A DNA stretch of 49,616 nucleotides. It comes from an uncultured Roseburia sp. Its GTDB lineage: Bacteria; Bacillota; Clostridia; Lachnospirales; Lachnospiraceae. Each line of letters opens with the position of its first letter. Position 1 is the first letter of the stretch. The position numbers were made by a program, and so were the translations under genes. The stretch covers positions 1 through 49,616 of the forward strand of contig CANRBT010000001.1 in assembly GCA_947628935.1 (NCBI GenBank). Direction: 5' to 3'. The notes below the pieces were generated by a model, which saw only the letters and a list, made by a program, of their open reading frames with translations, was not told the origin of the DNA and ran no database searches. Positions 27,847-36,633 of this stretch are shown here, piece by piece.

Positions 27847-27867
27847 CGCCCTGCCGTCATTTCGACG

Positions 27868-27897
27868 TTGACTTTCCATCCCTTCCCATTATAGAAT
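27868..27897 (+). promoter_or_regulatory. Possible SigA promoter of DUF1538-PII operon
   Basis: TTGACT-18 nt-TAGAAT. Confidence 0.5.
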
Positions 27898-27927
27898 AGA
27901 AGTAATTTTTATGTCATAGAAAGCGAT

Positions 27928-29460
27928 GTGATACATTTGAACAGGCAGTTAAAAGAAAAAATCGACGAATCCGTCAATGCTGTGCTTCCGATCACACTCA
28001 TCGTCCTGCTCCTGAGTATTTTTGTCGTCCCCATGGAGACCGGCACGCTCTCGCTCTTTCTGGTCGGTGCCGCCATGCTGATCGTAGGTATGGCGTTTTT
28101 CCAGCTGGGGGCGGAGATGTCCATGACTCCGCTCGGCGAGGGGGTCGGTTCCCGCATCATCAAATCCAGACATCTGTGGACGCTCATTTTTGTCTGTCTG
28201 ATGATGGGGATCATCATCACGATCGCCGAGCCGGACCTTCAGGTCCTTGCCAATCAGGTCCCCTCCGTTCCGAACAGCGTATTGATTGGAACCGTCGCTG
28301 CGGGCGTGGGATGCTTTCTGGTGTTGGCGGTTCTGCGGATCCTGTTCCGCCGGAGCCTTCCTGTGCTGTTGTGCATTCTGTATGCGCTTCTTCTCCTGCT
28401 CTCCTTTGTAGCGCCCGGCGATTTCATCGCAGTGGCGTTCGACTCGGGCGGAGTGACGACCGGACCTATGACCGTGCCATTCATCATGGCGCTCGGCATC
28501 GGTCTCTCCTCCACCAGGAGCGACAAGAACGGCGCCAGCGACAGCTTCGGTCTGATCTCCTTCTGCAGCATCGGACCGATCGTTATGGTCCTCCTGCTCG
28601 GTATCTTTTTTCACCCGGAGGATGCCGCGTACAATGCGACCCCGATCCCCGATGTCGTCACCATGCAGGACGTCATGCGCGAATTTGTCGAAAAGATTCC
28701 CTCCTATGCACAGGAGGTGGCTCTCTCCATTCTTCCTGTGCTCGCCGTGTTCGTGCTGTTCGAACTCTTTTCCAAACGCCACCACAGACGCCGCATCATC
28801 CGTATGTCCGTCGGCTTTCTCTATACGATCATCGGTCTGATCCTGTTTCTGACCGGCGTCAATATCGGATTCGCCCCCGTTGGAAGTCTGCTCGGCAGCG
28901 CCCTTGCCGTACCGTCCCGGCGATGGCTCCTGATCCCCATAGGCGCTCTGATCGGTTACTACATTGTAAAGGCGGAACCGGCTGTCCAGGTCCTCAACAG
29001 ACAGGTGGAGGATGTCACGAACGGCTTGATCTCCCGCAGTTCCATGAATCTGTGTCTCTCTGTCGGTATTTCCGTCTCCGTAGCGCTTGCACTGCTCCGG
29101 GTCCTCACCGGCTTCCACATTTACTGGCTGCTGATTCCCGGTTACATCACAGCGCTCGCTATGACGCGGTTCGTGCCAAGAGTCTTTGTAGGCATCGCAT
29201 TTGACTCCGGCGGCGTTGCAAGCGGACCGATGACCTCGACCTTCCTGCTGCCGCTCGCCATGGGCGTCTGTACCGCGGTCGGCGGCAATGTCGTAACCGA
29301 TGCCTTTGGCGTTGTGGCAATGGTCGCAATGGCACCGCTCATCGCCATACAGATCATGGGCATCCGCTATCAGCTCGCGCTCCGCCGTTTTGCGGCGGTC
29401 GCCTCTGTCCTGATGGACGACATCGACGACGATGCCATTCTGGTTTTTGAGGAGGAATAG
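27928..29460 (+). CDS. DUF1538-family multi-TM protein with two fused repeats (putative transporter)
   Basis: Duplicated motifs AEPDLQVL/AEPAVQVL and AFDSGGVTTGPMT/AFDSGGVASGPMT; many TM segments; acidic C-terminal tail. GTG start is uncertain. Confidence 0.87.
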   Translation: MIHLNRQLKEKIDESVNAVLPITLIVLLLSIFVVPMETGTLSLFLVGAAMLIVGMAFFQLGAEMSMTPLGEGVGSRIIKSRHLWTLIFVCLMMGIIITIAEPDLQVLANQVPSVPNSVLIGTVAAGVGCFLVLAVLRILFRRSLPVLLCILYALLLLLSFVAPGDFIAVAFDSGGVTTGPMTVPFIMALGIGLSSTRSDKNGASDSFGLISFCSIGPIVMVLLLGIFFHPEDAAYNATPIPDVVTMQDVMREFVEKIPSYAQEVALSILPVLAVFVLFELFSKRHHRRRIIRMSVGFLYTIIGLILFLTGVNIGFAPVGSLLGSALAVPSRRWLLIPIGALIGYYIVKAEPAVQVLNRQVEDVTNGLISRSSMNLCLSVGISVSVALALLRVLTGFHIYWLLIPGYITALAMTRFVPRVFVGIAFDSGGVASGPMTSTFLLPLAMGVCTAVGGNVVTDAFGVVAMVAMAPLIAIQIMGIRYQLALRRFAAVASVLMDDIDDDAILVFEEE

Positions 29461-29463
29461 GTC

Positions 29464-30168
29464 ATGCAGGGAATTCAGGAAAAAAAGAACCGGACAGCCT
29501 ATCGCTGTCTTATCATCATCATAGACGCGAACATCCGAAAACAGTTGACAGAATATCTCAATGACGCATGTGTCCCGATCTTCTACCAGGCGCATGGCGT
29601 CGGAACCGTCCGTTCCGATATCCTAAACCTGCTGGGACTTGGAGACCCGCAGAAGAGCATCACGATCTGCTTCACTCCCCGCGCGCGCATCCGAATGCTG
29701 CTCGCCGAACTGAATCAGGCGCTAAAGCTCCACAAGAAAGGCACAGGCATCGCCGTCAGCATCCCCGTGTCCGGTATGCAGGGCTGGTTGTTCAAGCTGC
29801 TCACCTCGGTCCCGGACAATACTGTGATCGAAGAATCTGAAAAGGAGGGAAAACATATGAGCGAAACCATTACCCATTCCATGATCGTAGTTACCGTCAA
29901 CCAGGGGTACAGCGATGACGTTATGAACACGGCTCGCAGCATCGGCGCGACCGGCGGAACGATCGTAAAGGGACTTCGGCAGATCCCGTCGGAGACCGCG
30001 AATCACTTCGGTATCTCTGTCCAGGAGGAGCAGGAGATCCTCCTGATCGTGGTCGCCCGGGAAAAAAGCACCGAGGTCATGTCCGCCATCGCAAAGGCTC
30101 ACGGCATCTCGACACCCGCGCACGGCGTCGTATTCTCCCTGCCTGTAGACGGGATCATAGGACTGTAG
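29464..30168 (+). CDS. PII-like (GlnB-fold) protein with two tandem domains
   Basis: Domain 1 LIIIID...HGVGT...GTGIAVSIPV; domain 2 MIVVTVNQGYSDDVM..AR..GATGGT...HGVVFSLPV. Starts 3 nt after the DUF1538 stop. Confidence 0.82.
   Translation: MQGIQEKKNRTAYRCLIIIIDANIRKQLTEYLNDACVPIFYQAHGVGTVRSDILNLLGLGDPQKSITICFTPRARIRMLLAELNQALKLHKKGTGIAVSIPVSGMQGWLFKLLTSVPDNTVIEESEKEGKHMSETITHSMIVVTVNQGYSDDVMNTARSIGATGGTIVKGLRQIPSETANHFGISVQEEQEILLIVVAREKSTEVMSAIAKAHGISTPAHGVVFSLPVDGIIGL
29842..29859 (+). promoter_or_regulatory. Internal ribosome-binding site with in-frame ATG (Met132) at the domain boundary
   Basis: AAGGAGG-GAAAACAT-ATG (8-nt spacing) in an A-rich context. Confidence 0.6.
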
Positions 30169-30190
30169 GGATCGGCTCCCGGCAGCGTCA

Positions 30191-30205
30191 TATGGAACTT
30201 TTTCC
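30191..30205. repeat. Right copy of direct repeat tatggaactttt(c/t)cc
   Basis: 14/15 identical to 27822-27836. Confidence 0.7.
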
Positions 30206-30214
30206 TATCAGGAT

Positions 30215-30254
30215 GAAAAAACCGCCGGAAACGATCCTGTTTCCGGCGGTTTTC
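30215..30254. terminator. Bidirectional intrinsic terminator between the PII-like gene and tsf
   Basis: aaaaaaccgccggaaac-gatcct-gtttccggcggtttt, with A and T tracts on both sides. Confidence 0.88.
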
Positions 30255-30287
30255 ACGGGGAGCTTCCTCCCGCGAAGCCTTTTCTTT

Positions 30288-31220
30288 TTATTTCATCTGC
30301 GCCGCAACCTCAGCCGCAAAATCCTCCTGCTTCTTCTCAAGACCCTCGCCTGTCTCGAAGCGGACGAACCTTCTGACCTTCACGGTCGTGCCGGCTGCCT
30401 TGGACACCTCATCCAGATACTTTGCAACCGTCTGCTTGCCGTCTTCCGCCTTGACATACACCTGGTCTACCAGACAGATCTCCTTGAGCTCCTTGCTGAT
30501 ACGACCCTCGATCATGCCGTTGATGACCTTCTCCGGCTTCTGGGACTCCTTCGGGTCATTCATGATCTGCGCCAAAAGGATCTCCTTCTCGTGTGCGATA
30601 TAATCCGCGCTCACCTCGTCGCGCGAGACGTACTTCGGATTCAGCGCCGCGATCTGCATTGCGATGTTGACCAGCGCTTCCTTTACCGCCTCGTTCACCA
30701 CGGCGGTCTCCGCATCCACGATGACGCCGATCCTGCCGCCGCCATGCACATACGTAGCGACACAGCCCTTGTCTGCGACCACCTTCTCAAATCTGCGGAT
30801 CTTCAGGTTCTCACCGATGACTGCAACCTTCTCGACGAGCGCATCGTTGACGGACTTGCTGCTGTCCTCGTTCCATGCCTCCGCAAGGAACGCATCCAGC
30901 TCCGTCGCATCGGAATGGACCGCCTGCGTCGCAACAGCCTTCACAAACTCCTGGAACGTCTCGTTCTTTGCGACGAAATCCGTCTCGGAGTTGACCTCGA
31001 CGACCGCAGCCGTCTGCTCATCCTTGGCAACGACCATGCAAAGACCCTCTGCAGCGATCCTGCTCGCCTTCTTCTCCGCCTTCGCCTGTCCGTTCTTTCT
31101 CAAAAACTCGACCGCCTCGTCCATATTTCCATTGGTCTCATTCAGAGCCTTCTTACAATCCATCATGCCTGCGCCTGTCATCTCGCGCAGTTCCTTTACC
31201 ATAGCTGCTGTAATTGCCAT
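30288..31220 (-). CDS. tsf: Elongation factor Ts
   Basis: VKELREMTGAGMMDCKKAL, EVNSETDFVA, RRFVRFETGEG. Confidence 0.99.
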   Translation of the reverse strand: MAITAAMVKELREMTGAGMMDCKKALNETNGNMDEAVEFLRKNGQAKAEKKASRIAAEGLCMVVAKDEQTAAVVEVNSETDFVAKNETFQEFVKAVATQAVHSDATELDAFLAEAWNEDSSKSVNDALVEKVAVIGENLKIRRFEKVVADKGCVATYVHGGGRIGVIVDAETAVVNEAVKEALVNIAMQIAALNPKYVSRDEVSADYIAHEKEILLAQIMNDPKESQKPEKVINGMIEGRISKELKEICLVDQVYVKAEDGKQTVAKYLDEVSKAAGTTVKVRRFVRFETGEGLEKKQEDFAAEVAAQMK

Positions 31221-31247
31221 CTCTATTTGTCCTCCATTTCCTGCCGC

Positions 31248-31994
31248 TTATGCTTCCTCTGCCATCTCTGCGTCAGCCTCTGCGGACTCTGCCTCCTCCG
31301 CAGTCATCTCCGCTCCCTGGTTCGCCTCGATCACGGCGTCCGCCATCTTGGAAACGATCAGCTTTACGGCACGGATCGCGTCGTCGTTGCCCGGGATCAC
31401 ATAGTCGAGCTCCTCCGGATCGCAGTTGGTATCCGCGATACCGATCAGCGTCACGCCAAGCGCATGCGCCTCCTGTACACAGATGCGCTCCTTCTTCGGA
31501 TCCACCACAAAAATCGCATCCGGAATGCGCTTCATCTCCTTGATACCGCCAAGGTTCCTCTCCAGCTTCTCCCACTCCTTCTTGAGTGCGATGACCTCCT
31601 TCTTCGGAAGCACCTCGAACGTGCCGTCCGTCGCCATATTCTCGATCTCCTTGAGACGCACGATACGGCTCTGGATGGTCTTGAAGTTCGTCAGCATGCC
31701 GCCGAGCCATCTCTCATTGACATAGAACATACCGCAGCGCTCCGCCTCGGTCTTAATGGCATCCTGCGCCTGCTTCTTCGTTCCGACAAACAGGATCGTA
31801 CCGCCCTCCGCTACGATGTCCGCGACCGCCTTGTATGCCTCGTCGACCTTGCCGACCGACTTCTGCAGGTCGATAATGTAGATCCCGTTGCGCTCCGTGT
31901 AAATGTACGGAGCCATCTTCGGGTTCCATCTTCTGGTCTGATGCCCAAAGTGGACACCTGCTTCCAACAGCTGCTTCATTGAAATAACGCTCAT
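31248..31994 (-). CDS. rpsB: 30S ribosomal protein S2
   Basis: [43 protein letters not shown]. Confidence 0.99.
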   Translation of the reverse strand: MSVISMKQLLEAGVHFGHQTRRWNPKMAPYIYTERNGIYIIDLQKSVGKVDEAYKAVADIVAEGGTILFVGTKKQAQDAIKTEAERCGMFYVNERWLGGMLTNFKTIQSRIVRLKEIENMATDGTFEVLPKKEVIALKKEWEKLERNLGGIKEMKRIPDAIFVVDPKKERICVQEAHALGVTLIGIADTNCDPEELDYVIPGNDDAIRAVKLIVSKMADAVIEANQGAEMTAEEAESAEADAEMAEEA

Positions 31995-32009
31995 CTTCTA
32001 CCTCCTGGT

Positions 32010-32082
32010 TGTGCTTCCATATGCCTCATCCCGCAGGGCTACCAAAACGGCACCGATCCTGTGGTCAGCACATGTGTATTTT
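32010..32082 (-). ncRNA. S2 (rpsB) ribosomal leader
   Basis: ATACACATGTGC...CAGGATCGGTGCC...CCTGCGGGATGAGGCATATGGAAG sits immediately before the rpsB SD and resembles the Firmicutes S2 autoregulatory leader. Confidence 0.65.
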
Positions 32083-32120
32083 TTGAGCCGGTCGTTCTCC
32101 CGACCCTGGAAACGCAGACA

Positions 32121-32149
32121 ATTATATCACAGTTACAACAGACAGGCAA
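32121..32149 (-). promoter_or_regulatory. SigA promoter of rpsB-tsf
   Basis: TTGCCT-17 nt-TATAAT with extended -10 TG. Confidence 0.8.
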
Positions 32150-32158
32150 GCACTATTT

Positions 32159-32728
32159 TTATTCTCCCGTCCCCTCGATGGGACCCTGCATCAAAAGCTG
32201 CGCGATCTCCTCGTTCGTCAAACCATAGGGCACATCGTATTCCCCGATGCTCATATTGGATGCATAGCCGATCTCAAACAGGTAGGTGCGCAGTGCCTCC
32301 GCATCCGCGATCACCCCGTTTGCCGCAAGCTTTTCGCAGACGACCCTGCACACATCCCCGGGCTCTATGACAAGCCGGTACGGTTCCCCCGGATTCGCCG
32401 TAACGCCGGCGTCCGTCTGGCTGTCCGATACCGGTCCGCCGTCCGCCTGGTCCGTTACCGCTCCGTCCTGCGGTTCCTCCGCAAACGACCCGTCATCCGC
32501 CGCCTGTTCCTCCGCGTCCGAAGTGGTATGTTCCCCTTCTTCACTCCCGGGAGCCTGCTCCTCTGTGTCTTCCTCCGGCATCACCATGCCAAGCTCCCTC
32601 GCGCGCATCATGACCTCCTCATCGGTCATCTCCCTTGTCGTGTCCCGCCCGCAAAAGCTGACGATCAGCACGATCGTCGTTATGATGATCCCGATCCCAA
32701 GTCCGCGCAGATAATATTTCAGCTTCAC
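32159..32728 (-). CDS. Single-TM protein with acidic linker and C-terminal domain like the non-catalytic N-terminal domain of MltG/YceG
   Basis: MKLKYYLRGLGIGIII TM; LVIEPGD...EKLAANGVIADAEAL..YL...GEYDVPYGLTNEEIAQLL. GTG start overlaps the upstream stop. Confidence 0.7.
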   Translation of the reverse strand: MKLKYYLRGLGIGIIITTIVLIVSFCGRDTTREMTDEEVMMRARELGMVMPEEDTEEQAPGSEEGEHTTSDAEEQAADDGSFAEEPQDGAVTDQADGGPVSDSQTDAGVTANPGEPYRLVIEPGDVCRVVCEKLAANGVIADAEALRTYLFEIGYASNMSIGEYDVPYGLTNEEIAQLLMQGPIEGTGE

Positions 32729-33474
32729 GACTCTCTCTCTCCTCTATACAGTCCGATGACAAGACGAACCTCCCCAACGCCCATATCAAGCCTTCTGGCG
32801 ATCTCGATCTCAGACATGCCCTGCCTGTGCAGCGCCAAGATCTGTGCATTGACATTGGAAAGCTCCCCTTCCTCCGACGCGGCTTCCTGTCCCTGGAACT
32901 GCTCCCGGGCCACATTCCCCTGAACCCCTGCAGCAGCAGCCGCCTGTCCGTCCGCTCTGCCGGCTGCAGACTGCGCCGATGCAGGAACCGGCGACGGCGC
33001 AGGCATCTCCTGAACTGTGACCGGAGCCGCCGGTACCGTCTGTGACAGGGTCTGCAGATTCTCCTCCAGCTCCCTCACATCCGCCGCAATGCGCTGCAGA
33101 TTGGACACCATGCCCGTGAGCTCCGTGTGCTTGTCATTGAGCATGCTGTATAAGAACATGATCTCGTTGTGCGTCTTGTTCATGCTCTCAATGACCGTGT
33201 CCGAATACTCGCTGATCGCCATGATCTTCTCATTCGTCTCTTTTTCCAGCGCACGGTCGACCTGATCCGCCGACACCTCGATATGCTCCTCGATGGCGGC
33301 ATCGATCCTCTTGCCTGCGTTTTCCAGACCGCGGTTGATGATCTTTTTCAGCTCGTTCTCACTGAGCTCGGCGATCTTGTTCAACTCCGACGGCGAAAGC
33401 TTTTCCGTAATAAAAAAGCTCCCAACCATAAAAATACTTCCGATCAGAAGCAATACCAACTCCACTCCAGTCAT
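32725..33474 (-). CDS. Membrane-anchored coiled-coil protein with C-terminal HTH-like motif (DUF6115/SwrB-like)
   Basis: N-terminal TM, coiled coil, GMSEIEIARRLDMGVGEVRLVIGL; lies downstream of fliA. Confidence 0.7.
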   Translation of the reverse strand: MTGVELVLLLIGSIFMVGSFFITEKLSPSELNKIAELSENELKKIINRGLENAGKRIDAAIEEHIEVSADQVDRALEKETNEKIMAISEYSDTVIESMNKTHNEIMFLYSMLNDKHTELTGMVSNLQRIAADVRELEENLQTLSQTVPAAPVTVQEMPAPSPVPASAQSAAGRADGQAAAAAGVQGNVAREQFQGQEAASEEGELSNVNAQILALHRQGMSEIEIARRLDMGVGEVRLVIGLYRGERES

Positions 33475-33484
33475 TTCTCCTACC

Positions 33485-33817
33485 TCATATCTTTATATCA
33501 AAACTGCCGCCTTGTCCCTTGTAGATGACTCTCCCATCCGTCTGAAGCTCTTCCTCGGGTTCCTTTGACTGCTTTTTTTTCTTCTTCTGCTTCTCGTATT
33601 TATTATTTCCCTTTTCCTTTGCATCATAACGGTAGCCCTGATTTTCCTTCTGCTCCGTATTCTGCACCTGATGCGCCAGCCGCTCCTCCTGCTTCTCCTG
33701 ATGCATGACAATGTTCTGCTGCTGAACCGTCGGCTTGCTGTCCTCCTGCTGTTTGATGTTGCTCACATCCTGCGTCCGCTGAATCATCCCGCTGTCCACT
33801 ACCGGTCTTATCGACAT
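33485..33817 (-). CDS. Hypothetical Q/K/E-rich protein
   Basis: MSIRPV...FDIKI; start at ATG 33817 behind AAAGGGG. Confidence 0.7.
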   Translation of the reverse strand: MSIRPVVDSGMIQRTQDVSNIKQQEDSKPTVQQQNIVMHQEKQEERLAHQVQNTEQKENQGYRYDAKEKGNNKYEKQKKKKKQSKEPEEELQTDGRVIYKGQGGSFDIKI

Positions 33818-33843
33818 GCACACGCACCCCTTTCACTGAATCG

Positions 33844-34608
33844 TCAATCTGTCAGTATTCCCATATAAGCCCCCATCTTCTTGCGCATCTTGAGCAGCGC
33901 TTTGGTATGTAACTGGGACACTCTGGATTCCGACACCTCCAGAAGATTGCTGATCTCCTTGAGCGTCAGCTCCTCGTAATAGTATAAAAGGATGACCTTT
34001 CTCTCCTTTTCCGTCAAAAGATCCAGCGTCTCCGCCAGCACTTTTTTCAGCTCATCCTCCTCTATGGACTCCTCCGGCTGTATAAAATGGGAATTGCCAC
34101 GGGCATCCATCACAGGCTCGCCGCCCTGCTCCACAAACTCGTTCAGGGAGACCACATTCGTGACCTTCAGCTGCGACTGCCACTCGTTCAGCTCGTCGTC
34201 CTGGATCCCGATCTCCCTGGCGATCTCCTCGTCGGATGCATTGCGTCCCGTGCGGCTCTCCACTGTCTTGATCGCTTCCTCGATTTTTTTCTGCTTTTGC
34301 CTCACGGTCCTGGGGATCCAGTCCATTTTGCGGATCTGATCCAAAATAGAGCCGCGGATCCGCAAGCTGGCGTAGGTCTCAAATTTGACATCCTTGCCCG
34401 GATCAAACTTGTCAATGGCGTCGATCAGCCCGAAGATCCCATAGCTCACCAGATCCTCATACTCCACATTATATCCGAGATACATACTGAGCCTTCCCGC
34501 AACGACCCTGACCAACGGCGCATACTCCGTGATCAGCTTTTCCCGAAGCTCCGGGGACGGACTCTTCTGATATGTCTCCCACAGTTTCTCCCTGTCAACC
34601 ATTTTCAT
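33844..34608 (-). CDS. fliA: Flagellar sigma factor (sigma28/SigD, FliA/WhiG family)
   Basis: DLVSYGIFGLIDAIDKFD, FETYASLRIRGSILD, DWIPR, ELTLKEI...SESRVSQLH. Confidence 0.96.
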   Translation of the reverse strand: MKMVDREKLWETYQKSPSPELREKLITEYAPLVRVVAGRLSMYLGYNVEYEDLVSYGIFGLIDAIDKFDPGKDVKFETYASLRIRGSILDQIRKMDWIPRTVRQKQKKIEEAIKTVESRTGRNASDEEIAREIGIQDDELNEWQSQLKVTNVVSLNEFVEQGGEPVMDARGNSHFIQPEESIEEDELKKVLAETLDLLTEKERKVILLYYYEELTLKEISNLLEVSESRVSQLHTKALLKMRKKMGAYMGILTD

Positions 34609-34638
34609 CGGAAACCCCCACGTTCTCAGTTCCTTGCA

Positions 34639-34920
34639 TTACTCTTCATCCTCGCCAGACAGCGTCTTCTCCCCGTCTTCCTCAGAGGCTTCCTCACCCT
34701 CCTGCGATTCCTCACCTTCCGTGGTTTCCTCTTCCTTTTCCTCTGCAAAATTCTTATCCAGAACGATCTTTGCAATACAGCCCAACACATAAAATGACAC
34801 CAGGACAAGCAAAAGCATCTTCAAAAAGTCGATCATCTCCATATGTGCCCTGAATCCTGCGATGCAGGCGACTCCGCCTGCCAGCAGCATAATCATTGCA
34901 GGTATTGATTTTGTATTCAT
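34639..34920 (-). CDS. Small two-TM protein with acidic tail
   Basis: Two hydrophobic segments then an E-rich tail; sits in-operon between cheD and fliA. Confidence 0.7.
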   Translation of the reverse strand: MNTKSIPAMIMLLAGGVACIAGFRAHMEMIDFLKMLLLVLVSFYVLGCIAKIVLDKNFAEEKEEETTEGEESQEGEEASEEDGEKTLSGEDEE

Positions 34921-34942
34921 GCCGCAATCCTGCCCTTCTCCA

Positions 34943-35428
34943 TCAAATGATCTTCACTGGCTTCCCCACTGCTTTTATGTAGAACTCTCCTGTCTCGCAA
35001 TGCAGCTCCACAGTCCTACCGTAATTGAGACCTGTGTCCTCCGCGATCAGACGGATCCCCAGTTCCTTTAGTATCACCTTCGCCGCCTCTGCGTTCCTTG
35101 CGCCGATATTACCGACATCCGACAAGCCGCTCACCTCGAACATCCGCGCACCTCCGGCAATCTTTGCGACCAGCCGGTTCCTGTTCGCGCCCGCTGCCGT
35201 CACACGCCTAAGCAGCTCCCGGATCCCCGTATCTCCGAACTTGGCGATATTGCTGTTATTCCTTACCTTTGTGCTGTCCGGCAGCATATAGTGAACCATA
35301 CCGCCCACCTTCGTCACCGGATCGTACAACGTCAGCCCGATACAGGAGCCAAGCCCTAATGTGGTGATTGCATCCGGAGCCTTGCAGATATTCAGATCTG
35401 CCATGCCAACCTTTACCATTTCACCCAT
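34943..35428 (-). CDS. cheD: Chemoreceptor glutamine deamidase CheD
   Basis: TLGLGSCIG, MVHYMLP, AKIAGGARMF, IGARN. Confidence 0.96.
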   Translation of the reverse strand: MGEMVKVGMADLNICKAPDAITTLGLGSCIGLTLYDPVTKVGGMVHYMLPDSTKVRNNSNIAKFGDTGIRELLRRVTAAGANRNRLVAKIAGGARMFEVSGLSDVGNIGARNAEAAKVILKELGIRLIAEDTGLNYGRTVELHCETGEFYIKAVGKPVKII

Positions 35429-35446
35429 GGCGTTTTCTTCTCCTTT

Positions 35447-36064
35447 TTATACCATGATTCCAAGTGACGACAGTATTTTTTCGTATGAATCCTGTTCCGG
35501 CATCAATATGAAGTACCCGTTGATCGCCACATCCGCACAGATCTCCGTCTGAATCAGAAGCGCGTTATCCCCGTACTGCCCAAACTCGATCGCGGGAACG
35601 CTTAAGATCGACGCTGCCATGTCGATCGCAATGTACGGCACGGACGGCACGATCACCAGATTTGTGAGCCCCGACAGCGCGGACAGATAGGAGCCCGCGA
35701 TGATATTGCCGATCTCCTTGAGCGCGGATAACTCCATCTCTCCGAACGGCGTATCCGGCGCCGCATCCTGCATCAGCAGCTTGTTGACAAGATACCGCGC
35801 AGAAGGGATATCCAGAAGGAACATCATGCTTCCCTCGATATCGTTCTCGACCTCGAGGAAGATCCCCACGATCGTCTCATCCTCCGCGCCGACCGCCATT
35901 CCGAGCTGCGACACCTCCATCAGCCGGACATTCGGAACGTTCATATCGATCTTGATCCCCACCATATTGGCGATCGCGGAAGTCGCGTTCCCGGCGCCGA
36001 TATTTCCAATCTCCTTGAGCACGTCAAGATACATGTCGTTGACGTCTTCCAGAGTCATTCCCAT
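35447..36064 (-). CDS. cheC: CheY-P phosphatase CheC
   Basis: Two D/S-x-L-K-E-I-G-N-I motifs. Confidence 0.95.
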   Translation of the reverse strand: MGMTLEDVNDMYLDVLKEIGNIGAGNATSAIANMVGIKIDMNVPNVRLMEVSQLGMAVGAEDETIVGIFLEVENDIEGSMMFLLDIPSARYLVNKLLMQDAAPDTPFGEMELSALKEIGNIIAGSYLSALSGLTNLVIVPSVPYIAIDMAASILSVPAIEFGQYGDNALLIQTEICADVAINGYFILMPEQDSYEKILSSLGIMV

Positions 36065-36085
36065 ATCTCATTTCCTCCTCTCTCC

Positions 36086-36104
36086 TGTCACAAAAGATGT
36101 CACA
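36086..36104. repeat. Direct repeat TGTCACA-N5-TGTCACA upstream of the cheC SD
   Basis: Exact 7-mers with a 12-bp period. Confidence 0.5.
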
Positions 36105-36130
36105 TTCCGGGAGCCATCCTTATGTTCCGG

Positions 36131-36165
36131 AAAAGTTCGTGAGAACACACCTGTCCCCACGAACT
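36131..36165 (-). terminator. Intra-operon hairpin after cheW
   Basis: AGTTCGTGGGGACA-GGTG-TGTTCTCACGAACT-TTT: 14-bp stem with G-U pairs on the minus strand and a short U-tract. Confidence 0.6.
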
Positions 36166-36171
36166 CCCTCC

Positions 36172-36618
36172 CTATGCGTTGTCATCCACGACAGCATTGA
36201 TCTCCAGCAGAGAGATCAGCGCGTCCCCATGCTTGCCGATCCCGTTGATGAATCTCCCCTGGTTCGATGTCCGCTCGATCTCCTCCTCGCTCAGGTTCAC
36301 CACTTCCCGAACCTCATCCACGACGATGCCGATCGCGCCCTTCTCCTCCAGCTTGATGATGATGATACGGCTCGCATTCGTGAACTCGTCGTCGCTCAGC
36401 CCCATCTTTCTGCGAATGCTCATCACGGACACGATCTCGCCGCGCAGGTTCATGATCCCTCTGAAATAGGGCTGGATCTTCGGCACCCGTGTGATCTTCT
36501 GCATGCGGACGATGTTGTCAATATATCGAATGTCAATCCCGTACTGCTCGTTTCCTACCATTACGACAATGTACTGCTTTACCTCTTTTTCTACTACTTC
36601 TACTTCGTGATTTGCCAT
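36172..36618 (-). CDS. cheW: Chemotaxis protein CheW
   Basis: YGIDI, ITRVP, GIMNLRGEIVSV, GIVVDEVREV. Start at ATG 36618. Confidence 0.95.
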   Translation of the reverse strand: MANHEVEVVEKEVKQYIVVMVGNEQYGIDIRYIDNIVRMQKITRVPKIQPYFRGIMNLRGEIVSVMSIRRKMGLSDDEFTNASRIIIIKLEEKGAIGIVVDEVREVVNLSEEEIERTSNQGRFINGIGKHGDALISLLEINAVVDDNA

Positions 36619-36633
36619 GTCGTCCACCCTCCA

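Noticed and set aside
27949-29595. 548-aa minus-strand ORF
   Set aside because: Antisense to the DUF1538 gene; its composition mirrors hydrophobic codons on the opposite strand.
30192-31982. 596-aa plus-strand ORF
   Set aside because: Antisense shadow of tsf and rpsB caused by codon bias in a GC-rich genome. L/R/H-rich composition with no recognisable motif, and it crosses a terminator.
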